NCBI RefSeq assembly: GCF_964204865.1
Contig: NC_135250.1
Location: forward strand, 17,422,001-17,486,000
Reading direction: 5' to 3'
Origin: Styela clava
Taxonomy: Eukaryota
Length of the DNA: 64,000 nt
Part shown: positions 1-12,063 of the stretch, piece by piece
Numbering within the stretch: the stretch's first letter is position 1
How the letters are laid out: each line of letters begins with the position of its first letter
Notes under the pieces: generated by a model
What the model was told of the DNA's origin: nothing
Database searches by the model: none
Seen by the model: only the letters and a program-made list of their open reading frames with translations
Program-made: the position numbers and the translations under genes

Positions 1-411
1 ATTTCTTCGTTGTTTTTTCAAAAATTGTTTGAATAAATGAACCCGCATTAAAGCATGAAAGTACACTTACAAATAATGTTGGGAGGGACAAACAACAGCT
101 TGACTATGGTATCCTTCGTTAGTCGGTAATGTGCCATTGATTAGTCAAATCAGATAAATAATATTTCTAATAAAATACCACAACGCTTTAGTTTGAAGAA
201 TATATAATCGAAAAGTTAATATAACTAAAATTAGTAATCGAAACAATCGTACAAACTAGTTTTGCAAAGATTACATAATTTTTGATGCCTTGGGAAAGTT
301 GATGTTTGGATTCAGTATATAGAATAGATGTTGTGAGCGATCACAACCCAATATTTGCTAATTATACTTTCGTCCTTACCGAAGCTATGTCAGTAAATAG
401 CAGCTAGTACA

Positions 412-585
412 AAATTTGAAAAATATTAGGGACAGTATTTCTATAAAAAGTCAAAGGAAAACAAAATTTGACGAGTTATAAATTCTGAATTTAATCGGCG
501 AAATTTGAAAAATATTAGGGACAGTATTTCTATAAAAAGTCAAAGGAAAACAAAATTTGACGAGTTATAATTTCTGAATTTAATC
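412..585. repeat. Tandem duplication, 85-bp unit x2 (period 89)
   Basis: 412-496 and 501-585 are near-identical, separated by ggcg. Confidence 0.9.
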
Positions 586-2214
586 CTCATTGAAAACATG
601 AGAAATGTACGACTAAAAGCACCGCTGCAAAAAATAAAGTGCTAGCGCCAAACTTATATTAGACGCCATGACGTTTACAAATCTTTAACTTGAACGGCGA
701 TTTACGCGCAAATTTTGCGTGGGGAAACATGCTTGTTAAAAGATTCAACTATACTCAAGTCAGTTACGTACAAGTTAGATAAAGCCTTTGGTATAACAAT
801 TATTTATGCAAATTTTTCATATATGTATCAAATACTCAAATCAAATTCATAATTAATTAATTTATCGTTGTAATAATTTCTCGCTCTATTATACTGAAGT
901 CTAATCGGAATTTCCCGAATAAAAGAGAAACACAATTTTAAAATATGATTTATGTTTATTAAATGATGTGTTCGAAATGATTCGAAATTACAAAATATAT
1001 ATTCTTGGAGATAAAAATATCATATTTTGACTGAATCCTTACAAATTTTAATAATTTCATTGCAAAATACATTTTGAGTACCTAAGCAAAAAAACTGAAG
1101 CAGAAATAATATATGACAAAACTTCAAAGGGTCAAATTAATTCGCGGTGTACCCATTACTGACATTCAATTTTTTAAATATAGTTTTACATTGACTTGTC
1201 ACAATCATTATTTAATTTAACCCAATTTAATTTAGTTTAAAAAATTTTCTACTAAAATATTTTATGGCTTTATTTTGAGTTTGAGATATCACACACTAAA
1301 ACAATTAAGGGTAAATTTTAACAATGCAAAATTTTTGAAATGAAAGCTTATAGTCGCAAGATCCGTGAATTGAATGGCATTTCAATTTGGCATTTCAATT
1401 GACAAGGTAAATCTAATTAAATTACAATGTATCAAAACCATTACATTTAAATGAATGTTAAAATATCTTACTAAATTGACTGAAGTAAATGATAAATATT
1501 TCAAATTTCTGGAAATGTTTTAGGTTGTGTGCTTTTGATTTGATTAGATCTCGATTGCGAGTCGCTCATGTCAAACGCAATCAAGAGCTTTTGAAATATT
1601 CAGAGATACCTGAATTGAAATAATCGCGCTGACCCGGGTACTGTAAATTCTTAATATTGTCATTTAGAACACAACATACTGTATAGTATAAACTTGAATA
1701 CGGCATCCAACGTGGAAAGAAAGGAATCATGAAGAGTCAGATATTTTTCGAATCGAAAATGTTCTGAACCAATTTTAGTTATAACTATATACTGACGTTT
1801 TTATAGACAAACTTCACTTTTAATCCGTGGCTCACATACATCTCCAATTTAAGCCACGCTTAACACGTCTCGGCGATGATCTTCCTTCGGCCTAGGGATG
1901 ATTGCTGATGCTGTATTAATTAGAATCGCACCCACATCATGTTTGAACGTGCACAGTTGTAATGCGTCCATTGCGCCTATAATTTAGTCTGTTCTGTGAT
2001 TTGGAGTTTTTTTGCTCTAAAATTGTGGATCAATTTGAATACCAAACGTAATAAATGCCGCTCCGACAAATTGAAAACTGATAAATATGATTTGTACGAT
2101 TTTTTTGAAATTTCCACAAATTTTTCGTGAATAATTTGAGAAATTACCAATGAAATATCTGTATGACACTACTTTTAAAAATTGTGTATCAAATATGAAG
2201 TGAGTCCTATATAT

Positions 2215-2320
2215 ATGGGTGTTGCAGAAGCATTGGGTTTTGGCGATGTATAAATGAAAATTAAGATGAATAACCGGATGTTTGCAATGTGTAAAAATTG
2301 AGTGGAAGCTACAAAAAAAA
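2215..2320 (+). pseudogene. Possible highly decayed exon-2 remnant of the same family
   Basis: Reads CCRSIGF (compare CFREIGC) then R*..PDVCNV*K/*VEATK (compare RW...DPCYVCKCVEAKK), with stops at the W/C positions and several indels. Confidence 0.3.
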
Positions 2321-2683
2321 ATCCAATTCCTATCTAGTTATATACGAGTTTATAAATAGCCACAAAAGTGAACATTATATCTTTCTAGTTATTAGTATTA
2401 TACGATGTTGTTAATTGTAATTAAAAATGATTTATAAACTATAAATTATGACTCAATTTTTATATAGTCATGACTGATTACTTAGTTGAAATAATGCTCG
2501 GGCTATTATTATTTTAGTATAAATGGTATTTTCATCATATAAATCCAACTGAACGCCTAAATTTATAAGCCATAAAGTTAATGAAAACACGTATGCGCTT
2601 AAAATAGACAAGAAACTATATTTGTGATAATAATTAAAATGTATACCGAACGGATTGTATACTGAAAGGAGAAAATAATTTAT

Positions 2684-5260
2684 GACAAAAAAAACAGTTC
2701 ACCGCGATATAGTTAGGAATATGAATATATTAAATTGGTTGCTTTGGGATTCCTCGCATCCGAGTCACAAATGTTAACACTTTGCTTACGGAAAAGGTGA
2801 AAGCATCACTGGTGTTGCAGATAGATTTCTTACTGCGATAGAAACGCTAATGAATACCGGCACTGAAGACCGATCATCTGCAACAAATTGCGGCCATCTT
2901 CATGCCAAACATATAAAATATACCCGAGTGACATATAGGCTTGCACGTAATTGACAAAAATCAATTCCGTAATTACGGCAAAATCAATTACGTAATGACC
3001 CCGTAATTGCGATATTTTTCCACGCATTTAAACCCATCGTAACAACCCATTGAATCCACTTTTTTTCCGAATAGGACATTGAAGTTGGGTTTTCATATTC
3101 TTGGCAGTACTACACGCCGGCGGCAGATGTTAAAGACAACTATCAAGGAGTGAATTCAAATTAATTTTATTCTGATTTTTATCTTTTGTGTTAGCTTTGG
3201 TTTTTCTTTATCACCTTCGCAAATTAACCGTCCCATTTTTATGCGATCAATTTTATTTTATCATTACCGACACTGGTATACGGATATTTATGGAAACGAT
3301 AGTTTTTTAAAACCACCTTAGTACTGAATAAAAATTACGGGTTTCTAATTTATTAACCAACGACGAGCGTATTCTCTCATTTGATTATACTTGCGATTTC
3401 CTCGCGACGAAGACTTGTTTTTGCAGCGTTTTCTGCATTATCCGACATTAATGCCTTGTTAGCATTTTTATAATAATAATTATTGATGTCGACTTATTGA
3501 CGATATTCCGATTACCATGCTTCATTTTACATTCAATCATTTCGCGGACTGAATGTTTATAACATTATTTGCGATAAATTTAGATCAAATATTATTTATT
3601 TGCGTATAATTTAAATACCGAACTTATATGACATGCCTTCTCCGAAAATACAAAGTTATATCGCAAAACAATGCATTTTGTGACATTTATTTTACACTCA
3701 TAACATTTATTTGCTAACTCAAGTCGGCGATCCTATCGGCCAAGATTGACAAAAGTTTGGTCGAGTGCCGGTGGTATTCAAGTCGACGATAAATCAAAAT
3801 AAGTTGCCGCATTTGGTAAGACAGTTAATCATATATGGCCGAAATATTGAGAGGAATTGTGAAAAACATCATGAGCAAGGCCAAGTCCGGACTGATATAT
3901 AAGATAAAACCGTTAACAGAACATCAAGATTTTGTAATAGAAAATGGATCTCGCACAGAATAAACACACAGGCTCATATTTGATTATATATGATAGCAGT
4001 TAAATTTTCAACGGTCCGCGAGGAATCCGTCGTTTTGGTTCATTACGCAATCTCTCTTTTGTCATCAAATTGCTATTTGATAAGCGCGACATTAATTATC
4101 ACGGCGAGGTATTGGCGCGAGTGATCAATCGCTCTTTTCGCTTATTTGGTTCCAATTCGTCGCGAAAGCTCTTCGTTAAATTTCACAAGATCGTCGTGTT
4201 GAAAGGTTATGGATATTTTCCTGTTTATACCCCAAGTCTGAAATGAAACAGCCAAAAACAATATGATATTCCATGTTCATATATCAAGTGTTGATATTAA
4301 CAATAAAGAATGGTTAAGCATTGCTAATCCACACTTGGCGGGGAATTCCCACTATTCAAACGCGTGAATATAAAATAGAAACGGAACATATATATCATAA
4401 GTAACGGAAAACTGGAACAAGTAAATAATAAATAAAAGTAAAATGGATACAAATGTTTGATAGGCCATGTTTGATAGATTGATCTCCTGCGTTCATTAGT
4501 CATTTCACCCGAAGAAGTTGAAACCGGGCGTGTTAGCGTCCATCGGTCTTAACACAATTCTATCCCTTATCTATGGTTAAGTTGCGGGAGAAGTTAAAAC
4601 CAGGTGTGTTGACGTCAAACGACCCTACTCAGTTCTTCCCCCATTAACTAACTAATAATTTACATTGGACACGCCAGATAAGTTGATAATAGGTTAGTAA
4701 ATGGCAACGCGGCATGCCTTCCTTCACCTACGTAGCAAGAGAGAGAAAAACGGCTGCGAATACCGGAACTCTAACTTCTTCTACTTGTTGAGCTTTCATT
4801 TTTCGCAATCGACGAAATTGACTGCTTTGAAGAAAGCTCGTTTCAATGCAATAATTACGACTTTACGTAATTCGTAACTTCCCTTCCGTAACTCCAAATA
4901 ATTACGTAATTCCGTAAATCCGTAAATTACGTGCAAGCCTAGTGACATATATTCATGACTTTATTTGGAAATTGTTATGCGAGACAAAAAACAGTTCAAC
5001 GCTATATAGTTAGGAATATGGATATATTAAATTGGTTGCTTTGGGATTCCTCGCATCCGAGTCACAAATGTTAACACTTTGCTTACGGAAAAGGTGAAAG
5101 CATCACTGGTGTTGCAGATAGATTTATTTCTGCGATAAAAACGCTAATGAATACCGGCACTGAAGACCGATCATCTGCGACAAATCGCAGCTCTCTTCAT
5201 GTCAAACATTTAAAATATATCCGAGTGACATATTTTCATGACTTTATTTGGAATTTGTTA
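2684..5260. repeat. ~280-bp tandem duplication; first copy interrupted by a hAT element
   Basis: 2684-2935 plus 4950-4978 matches 4983-5260. Confidence 0.88.
2936..4941. mobile_element. Non-autonomous hAT-type DNA transposon, ~2.0 kb
   Basis: Perfect 17-bp TIR TAGGCTTGCACGTAATT, 8-bp TSD GTGACATA (2928-2935 and 4942-4949), subterminal CGTAATT/AATTACG repeats, no long ORF; empty site at 5225-5232. Confidence 0.92.
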
Positions 5261-5433
5261 TAATAGTTACCGATAGGTATTTAAGATATTTATATTTTTG
5301 GAAATGTCGAAATTGCCAAAACAAAATGTGCTTTTTTGACTACTCGTTGCCGATCGACGCTTGAGATTAAACATATTTGCGCTGTTGAGTAATTGTAAAA
5401 TACTAATAAATATTTCAATTAGAAATGAAATAT

Positions 5434-5935
5434 TCAAACACAAAAATAAAAAATATAGAATTACACAAACACGGAAGCCGGTGTCGAATCCTTATTCTAT
5501 TGGCAAAAAGTTAAAAAAAATATATTAATTTTTAACGTCATGCAGTAATATTTATTAGTTTATCAATTAAAAAAACAAGTCTGTAAGATTCGAATCACCA
5601 GTAAATTATACTCCAGGTGAAACTATCAAAATATTAAAAAAGAAAATAAAAAACTCAGACTTGACTCGAACCTCAGATTACAACTGGTCCTTTATACCGA
5701 TTACCGATCGTAACGACATGTTTGAGATGGTTATGTTGTGATGAACATTGAAAGAATAGATAGTAATAATTCAGGAGTGAATTTTATTTTTGATTTTCAC
5801 TTAACAGATTAATGTATTTCACCAACGTGCATTCTCCGTGTTGAGTTATAAAAATCAGCAAATCAGCAAGTGTAGATCAATAGTTGTAAAAACAGAAAAC
5901 CTATAAAAAATGTATGCTAATCAATATCGCAATAT
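5434..5935 (+). pseudogene. Decayed fifth copy of the MSMB-like gene family
   Basis: Three collinear remnants: exon 2-like SNTKIK/YRITQTRKPVSNPYSIGK (~5434-5520), exon 3-like LSIKKTSL/RFESPVNY...YNWSFIPIT...CC (~5560-5741), and exon 4-like behind an intact acceptor ttaacag|5808: LMYFTNVHSPC*VIKISK/CRSIVVKTENL*. Contains stops, an 8-bp duplication (atcagcaa) and lost Cys/Trp residues. Confidence 0.8.
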
Positions 5936-7227
5936 AACTATGTGAGGTTAGAGGAAACATATTTTTCCGATTCAACTACCTAAATCACAAATACCAATCT
6001 CAAACAAACTTACAAACAACGTTCTGTAATTACAGCCCAATAGCAATATTATTATATGATGAAATTTTAGCATAAAATTATGACCATTTTGCCAACGAAA
6101 TATACAAGGAACTTGAAATATGGAGTTTATTTAATCACGAAATCACCTTCAGGTATAAATTAAGTTAAGTTAGATATCCATAATTTCTGAAATATTATAG
6201 TATATAATACACTGTTCGTGCGAGACTTACACTTACTGCAACTATTTAGGTCTTAGGATATTTAATTGAATCTTTGGTTTTCGCTTGGTAACGAAAATGT
6301 GCGGAAACATTCTTGTTCGAAGATAATCAATTGTACCTGAGTCAGTTTTTCCCAAAATGGAGGCGACCAGTATAGAGACCTTTCTATGTTTGTTAATTAA
6401 ATGTAATGTGCGGTGTAATTTTGGATCATTTTGTTTAGCCTGTGTATATCACATACATGGTATTTAATATGTTTCGATTATATTTATATATATAAATTAC
6501 TAAGAATTATGTTTTCTGATAATAACTGTCTTTACTAATATTCAACACCCACATCAACCAGTGTTGGTTCAATGCTTCTTTTTTCAATTTTATTTTGATA
6601 TAAACTTAAATTAGATCTGAACATGAATCCTCAGATATATCATGCGACTTTCTTGACCTTAATTAAAGATAATCGTCGTCATGAACTGAGTTCTTACGCA
6701 GTATGCTACGTAATATTACTAAATTATGTACCAAGTTTCAATTTCCGCCGGAAAAGAAAGTAATTTTAAAACTACGGATATGAAATAATGGTGAAATAAC
6801 GGGTTACTATTGCGTAGAAGTCCAATGTCATTTTCATTTTTTCGCGTCGCTTATAGACGTAGTTTCCGCCGGAATATCACGTACTTTTTAACATGCGGAA
6901 ATTTGTAACATGCTTTGAAATGACGATTTTTGCAAACGTGATATCCTTGCGTCTTAATCAAATTTATTTTGTTAATATTATTCTACTTCTTTACGTAGAT
7001 GAATGTAATTGACGTTGATCGACGGTCTTCACTAATTGTTCATTATAACTAAACGTCATTCTCAGATCACTTGCATATCCGCCAAATATATCCATTTCTT
7101 ATATAACAATTGCAAAATGCAAAGCACTGATGGCCTGTCTATTTATTTTGTAAGTTTTACCGCCTTTTGATTCGTAGCCGAACTCAGTCAGAGGGTCCAA
7201 CGCTCATTGCAAGCCCTGAGCAGCTGG

Positions 7228-7626
7228 ATACCATTGTCATAGTTTTGGATATCGCTTGAAAAAGAATATCCTGAGCTCAGTGACAAATTTATTAAATTAC
7301 TGCTGATTTGTTGTACAACTTACTTTTGTTAGAAACGCTTTTGATCGTTATCTCTCATCAAGACATAATCGGAGAAATCGTATGGAAGTCAACGCTCTTT
7401 TTCGCCATGCAGGAACTTCATTGGAACCGCGTTTAACACGTATGATATCGAAAGGACAGCAGCAAATTTTCCATTGAATTGAATCACCAGCTTTTAAATT
7501 GCATACTTTTGTCGTAATTACATTCGTTTAATTTTGTTTCTGGGTGGATTTTGAGGGTTCACCGGCCAGCAGAATTAGTTTTGAAACTTTACCGGTCAGC
7601 AATCTAAAAGAGGTTGAAAACCACTG
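7228..7626 (+). mobile_element. 3' end remnant of a Buster/Charlie-type hAT transposon
   Basis: Decayed hAT C-terminal dimerisation domain LS*FWISLEKEYPELSDKFIKLLLICCTTYFC*KRF*SLSLIKT/RNRMEV...LEPRLTRMISKGQQQIFH*, followed by TIR GGTTGAAAACCACTG. Confidence 0.85.
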
Positions 7627-8294
7627 ATATATACTATTATGCAAAGATTCCTAAAATCCCTAATTAGATATGAAATACTAAATAAAATACTAGTATTCAT
7701 CAGCAAATGGTAGCAGAAAGACAAACATTAATCAAAATGTATATCCTTGGTGCAATAGTGTGCAGGTGCAATCGTCGTGGGTTCAAATGTAATGGAACCT
7801 TATTTTTTGCATAATTCAAGCAAGATAGGTATATATATTTTACTAGAAACTAATAATACGGACTATATTTTGGTTGATTGCGTTTTGCCAACTTAAACCC
7901 ACCAATGGGTAGGTATAGTGGGTGCGTTCCTCAATAATTCTATAAGATAGCAATCCAAACGCCCACCTATTATCTGTCACATCATTTCGGGTATCAATGC
8001 CAATCTACTACTTGTTGCTTATGATCATATAGTACCTATGTTACCAAATATGGCTTGCGTGGTGAAGTAATCACAGTTTAAACGTTGTAATCTTGATTTT
8101 ATCTGCTCATGTCAACAAATTATTCAGTTTACCACACAAATTAGGAGCGGCTACTCTGGGAGTGGTTATATTTAAATTTCTCCATTGCCCTTCATAAATT
8201 CTCTCGTTTTCACATGTAATAGTAAAATGTATGATATTTCTCCTTCGATATATCTCCCAAATGACGTAGTGTCGACCGATATACTAATTGAAGG

Positions 8295-8301
8295 TATAAA
8301 A
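8295..8301 (+). promoter_or_regulatory. TATA box, paralog 1
   Basis: TATAAAA ~100 nt upstream of the exon-1 donor; similar placement in all four paralogs. Confidence 0.6.
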
Positions 8302-8397
8302 GACTGCTTAATTTTTCACCTAATCCATTCCAATTTCATTCTCCAGCTGAACAGTGACGGAGTTATCAATACTTTCAGCTCAAAACATTACATCAAA

Positions 8398-9460
8398 ATG
8401 GTATGCTTTCATTTAATTCAATTATTATTATTATCTTGGGATCTACAAACAAACATTTGAACATTGTGTTGCAGATGCATTTACATATTGCAACAATATT
8501 CTTGGTAGCATGTACGATTTCATGCATCACTGCTGACTGTTACATAGACAATGGTTGTCCAAATACAAAAACGAAGAAAAAAGAATATAGAATCGGGCAA
8601 AGATGGAGACCAAACTCAGATCCATGTTATACATGTAAATGTGTAAAATCAAAAGAATATGTGGTGAGTTATATTTATAAAGATTGAATATGTTACTTAT
8701 CAATGAAACGATATAACGGATTTTTTTATTTAATATTTTACAGTTAGCATGCCTTGAAGCCATAAATCAGAAACCGAAACTGTCGTTTAAAAAAAGTGAA
8801 TTGATTGCAACTTTTGAATCAACGATAAGATACGCTGCGGATGAAGAAATGGAAATAAATGAAAGAGAAGTTAAAACGAAACAATGCAGTCCAATTCGAG
8901 CACCAGTCTACAACTTGTCTACCAGCAAGTTTGAATCAATTACATACAAAACAGTTTATTATTTCTACACAAGAAAAGAATCAAGATGTTGCAGTCGGTT
9001 AGTGCTATTCGTATATTTAAGATAACGACCATGTTGATTATTGTACACTATACTTCCTCTTCTGACAACTCCATGAAACAAGGTACTTGCCACAAAGCGA
9101 AGCTGCTGAATTTGGTAAGCATACAATGATAATGAATTCAATAATATAATATTAGCCTATAGCCCAATATCCCATTCGGTATACCCATCCTTTAGTTGTA
9201 GTAAATGTAAATCAGCGTATTGTAACCTATACATTAGCCTTATTGAAAATAACAAATACGCCAGGATATATCCGTTACGGATATCACATAGTGTAAATAT
9301 TCCTTATTGTCATTGTTTCCTTAATTTTTTCAGATTTTCGTATTTCACTAACGTTCACGCGTCCTGTAAAGTCGTTAAAATCGGCAGGTGTAGGTCAAAA
9401 CTTGTCAAAAAGGAAAATCCAAAAGAAAGATGCAACATGCCAATGGCATTGATTGGCTGA
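8398..9460 (+). CDS. Beta-microseminoprotein (MSMB/PSP94)-like secreted Cys-rich protein, paralog 1; join(8398..8400,8475..8663,8744..8997,9334..9460), ~190 aa
   Basis: Canonical splice sites (ATG|gtatgc, ttgcag|ATG, GTG|gtgagt, ttacag|TTA, CG|gttagt, tttcag|A) give an open frame: (M)MHLHIATIFLVACTISCITA-DCYIDNGCPNTKTKKKEYRIGQRWRPNSDPCYTCKCVKSKEYV|LACLEAINQKPKLSFKKSELIATFESTIRYAADEEMEINEREVKTKQCSPIRAPVYNLSTSKFESITYKTVYYFYTRKESRCCSR|FSYFTNVHASCKVVKIGRCRSKLVKKENPKERCNMPMALIG*. Signal peptide, W..CxxCxC, CC and C-x7-C-x13-C with VxKxNP as in MSMB. Same structure in three paralogs. Confidence 0.88.
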
Positions 9461-9475
9461 AGCGATTCTTGATTT

Positions 9476-10070
9476 TCAATCACCATCAACTACCAAATTC
9501 AACGAGGCAATATACATTTAGCTGTCATAATCACTGCCAGAATCTTCGTATTATTTCATGTCTAATAACAAATTACTGGTGAATGTGTCTTATGTTCCAA
9601 GAAAAGTGGACAAAAATGTTGACACTTTTTCATCTGTCGGGCATGTTTTCGCACGCAATAAGTATATTTCTATATCTTTTCAAGTTAATGCAACAGTGCT
9701 ATTCTTTGTTCTTCTTTATTATTTTGTGTTACTATTATAGCCTGTTTTTTTTTGGTTTGGTGTTTAGGTAGGATCAATCACCATCAACTACCAAATTCAA
9801 CGAGGCAATATACATTTAGCTGTCATAATCACTGCCAGAATCTTCGTATTATTTCATGTCTAATAACAAATTACTGGTGAATGTGTCTTATGTTCCAAGA
9901 AAAGTGGACAAAAATGTTGACACTTTTTCATCTGTCGGGCATGTTTTCGCACGCAATAAGTATATTTCTATATCTTTTCAAGTTAATGCAACAGTGCTAT
10001 TCTTTGTTCTTCTTTATTATTTTGTGTTACTATTATAGCCTGTTTTTTTTTGGTTTGGTGTTTAGGTAGG
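9476..10070. repeat. Apparently exact 298-bp tandem duplication in the 3' UTR of paralog 1
   Basis: 9476-9772 matches 9774-10070; the ORF track gives identical translations 298 bp apart. Confidence 0.92.
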
Positions 10071-11317
10071 CCTACTTGAAACTGTTTCAAATGTGCCTCA
10101 ATCGCTAATTAGGAGATTAGGTTTGTGTAAGATTTTTTTTTTGTGGTAACTATTTTGTCTGAACGCCGAGAATATAAGAAACATCCTGCAAAAAATAATG
10201 TTCATGTGTACTTGAAAGAAAAAAAAAAAACGTTTGAACAAATTAAAGCTAATAAAGATATATCTGCTTGTTAGCGTGACTATTCTACTTTGGTGTTAAT
10301 AAACAATATATTCACCAACACGGATATTCTGTTAGTAATAAAGTCATATTTGTTTTATGGTCCCTTAGGACATTTAAATGCTATGGTAGTCTAGTGAAAA
10401 AATATTTTATTATAAATTGTCTCATAGCATCAAATATATTTTTGAACTTGTATACATGTGTACTGTTATGAAGATGGCAATTTTGATTTTACAACAGCTA
10501 CATATTTTGTGTAATGCCAATAAAGTGTAGCAATATCTTTAAGACATATTCTTGATAAACGATTTTCCTAGTTTTTTGGACTGAATGGAAAATGTTGAAA
10601 AGTATCGAAATCTCCGATAAGTTTGTTATAAAAATGCAAAAAATAGAGCTAGTGATGGTGACAAAAATGTGACAAATCGAAATACAAACAAAAGTGAAAC
10701 AAAAAAGATGAACAAGGCCAATGAATCGAAAGATTAGATTCATATGAAAAAGACAGCGAACCGCTGCGACGCCAGAACCCTTGACTCGGAGCACTTGACG
10801 TGTGCTGATTGATAAATGGAGATGAAGCTTAATCAAGCCGACTATAGTCAGGGCCATTGAATTATTAGGTAGGAATTAGCGGGCATATCCCACATGTCGT
10901 CAGTTCTACATAACCTACGAATATATATGATAAAGGCTGTTTTCTGTTTAAAATGCCGCGACAAATTGAAAACCATATTGAGCAAACCAGTGACATACAA
11001 TTTGTATGCGAGACCTAATATTTAACTATAACACGACATATAGATACAAAAATATTTGGTCATTTCGGTCCCACATTTGTTCACAATGTTTTTTCTCTAA
11101 TTAGGTCTCATCATGTGATTAAAAATACTTTTGTAGTTAAATCGTAACTGGAGGCGGAAACGCTCTTGTTCAAATTGTCTAATATTCAAAATCGGGTCGC
11201 TTATTGCTATATTTAAGCTTTCGTTTTGCTGCAATATATTTAACTCATTTGCACTAAAAATAACCAAGACATTATCTTTTCGTCATAACTTTTTTTTCCA
11301 ATTGGACGTGAAATAAG

Positions 11318-11328
11318 TATATATATAA
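11318..11328 (+). promoter_or_regulatory. TATA box, paralog 2
   Basis: TATATATATAA ~90 nt upstream of a strong donor AAG|gtaagt at 11416. Confidence 0.5.
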
Positions 11329-11600
11329 GGCATTCGGAATTGAAGTATTTGATTGAAGATTTCATGGATAATCATCATTCTTTGCTAAAATCATGGTCGT
11401 TTGTGAAGCATGAAGGTAAGTGGTGATATTTATTCAATATTATATTATTGTCGGACATGTTCAGGATATCCCATGAAAATATCATATGGCATTTGTTATT
11501 GGATACGGTGTGAAACTTAGTCATGAACACAAATAAATGATTCGAGAGATTCAAAGTTACCCAAAGCAAATACAGCAAATATAAGCAAACGGGATTTCCA

Positions 11601-11620
11601 ACCCAGCCCAGCCCAGCCCA
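11601..11620. repeat. (CCCAG)n microsatellite
   Basis: acccagcccagcccagccca. Confidence 0.7.
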
Positions 11621-12063
11621 CTTTCACCGATGTCAACAAACAAAGGTTTGCAGTGATAGTAGTGAAATTTTGTAGGCATAGTAATTTGTCAGCTTTACGA
11701 ATGTAACCTTGTCCCCATTTTCCATAATAGCATTTAGAGAAATGGCTGAATTTGATTGTGGTGCTGAAACTGTACGTGTTCTTTGTGAAGATTAGGACAC
11801 TTGAAGCTGATTTTGTTTATTCAATAATTGCCAATGCAATGGTGCATCTTTTGGCGATTAAAAAGCTATTAAATTGACAAACATTGTATTTTTTAATCCT
11901 TGGCATGGCTGTGGATAATCTGTAAATAATAATTTGAATAAGGAGATACCCTTAAGTTGCAGTTAGAATTTGCAAATATTATTTCGTTTTGTGTGCATTA
12001 TACTAGCATTCCGCATTTTGCTGTCTGGATGGAAGACTGTCTTCATATTGTTGTGTTTCACAG

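Noticed and set aside
8744-8997. Insert as a skippable or simply shuffled cassette exon
   Set aside because: The exon is asymmetric (phase 0/2) and also carries the core CC motif, so skipping would frameshift and break the scaffold.
8475-9460. von Willebrand factor type C (VWC/SVWC) assignment for the Cys-rich proteins
   Set aside because: YxIGxxW..DPCxxCxC resembles VWC, but VWC ends CCxxC, whereas here CC is followed by x12-C-x7-C-x13-C with VxKxNP, the MSMB C-terminal pattern. Not fully excluded without a profile search.
9558-10069. Duplicated 60-62 aa ORFs as small genes
   Set aside because: They arise from the exact 298-bp UTR duplication in T-rich sequence.
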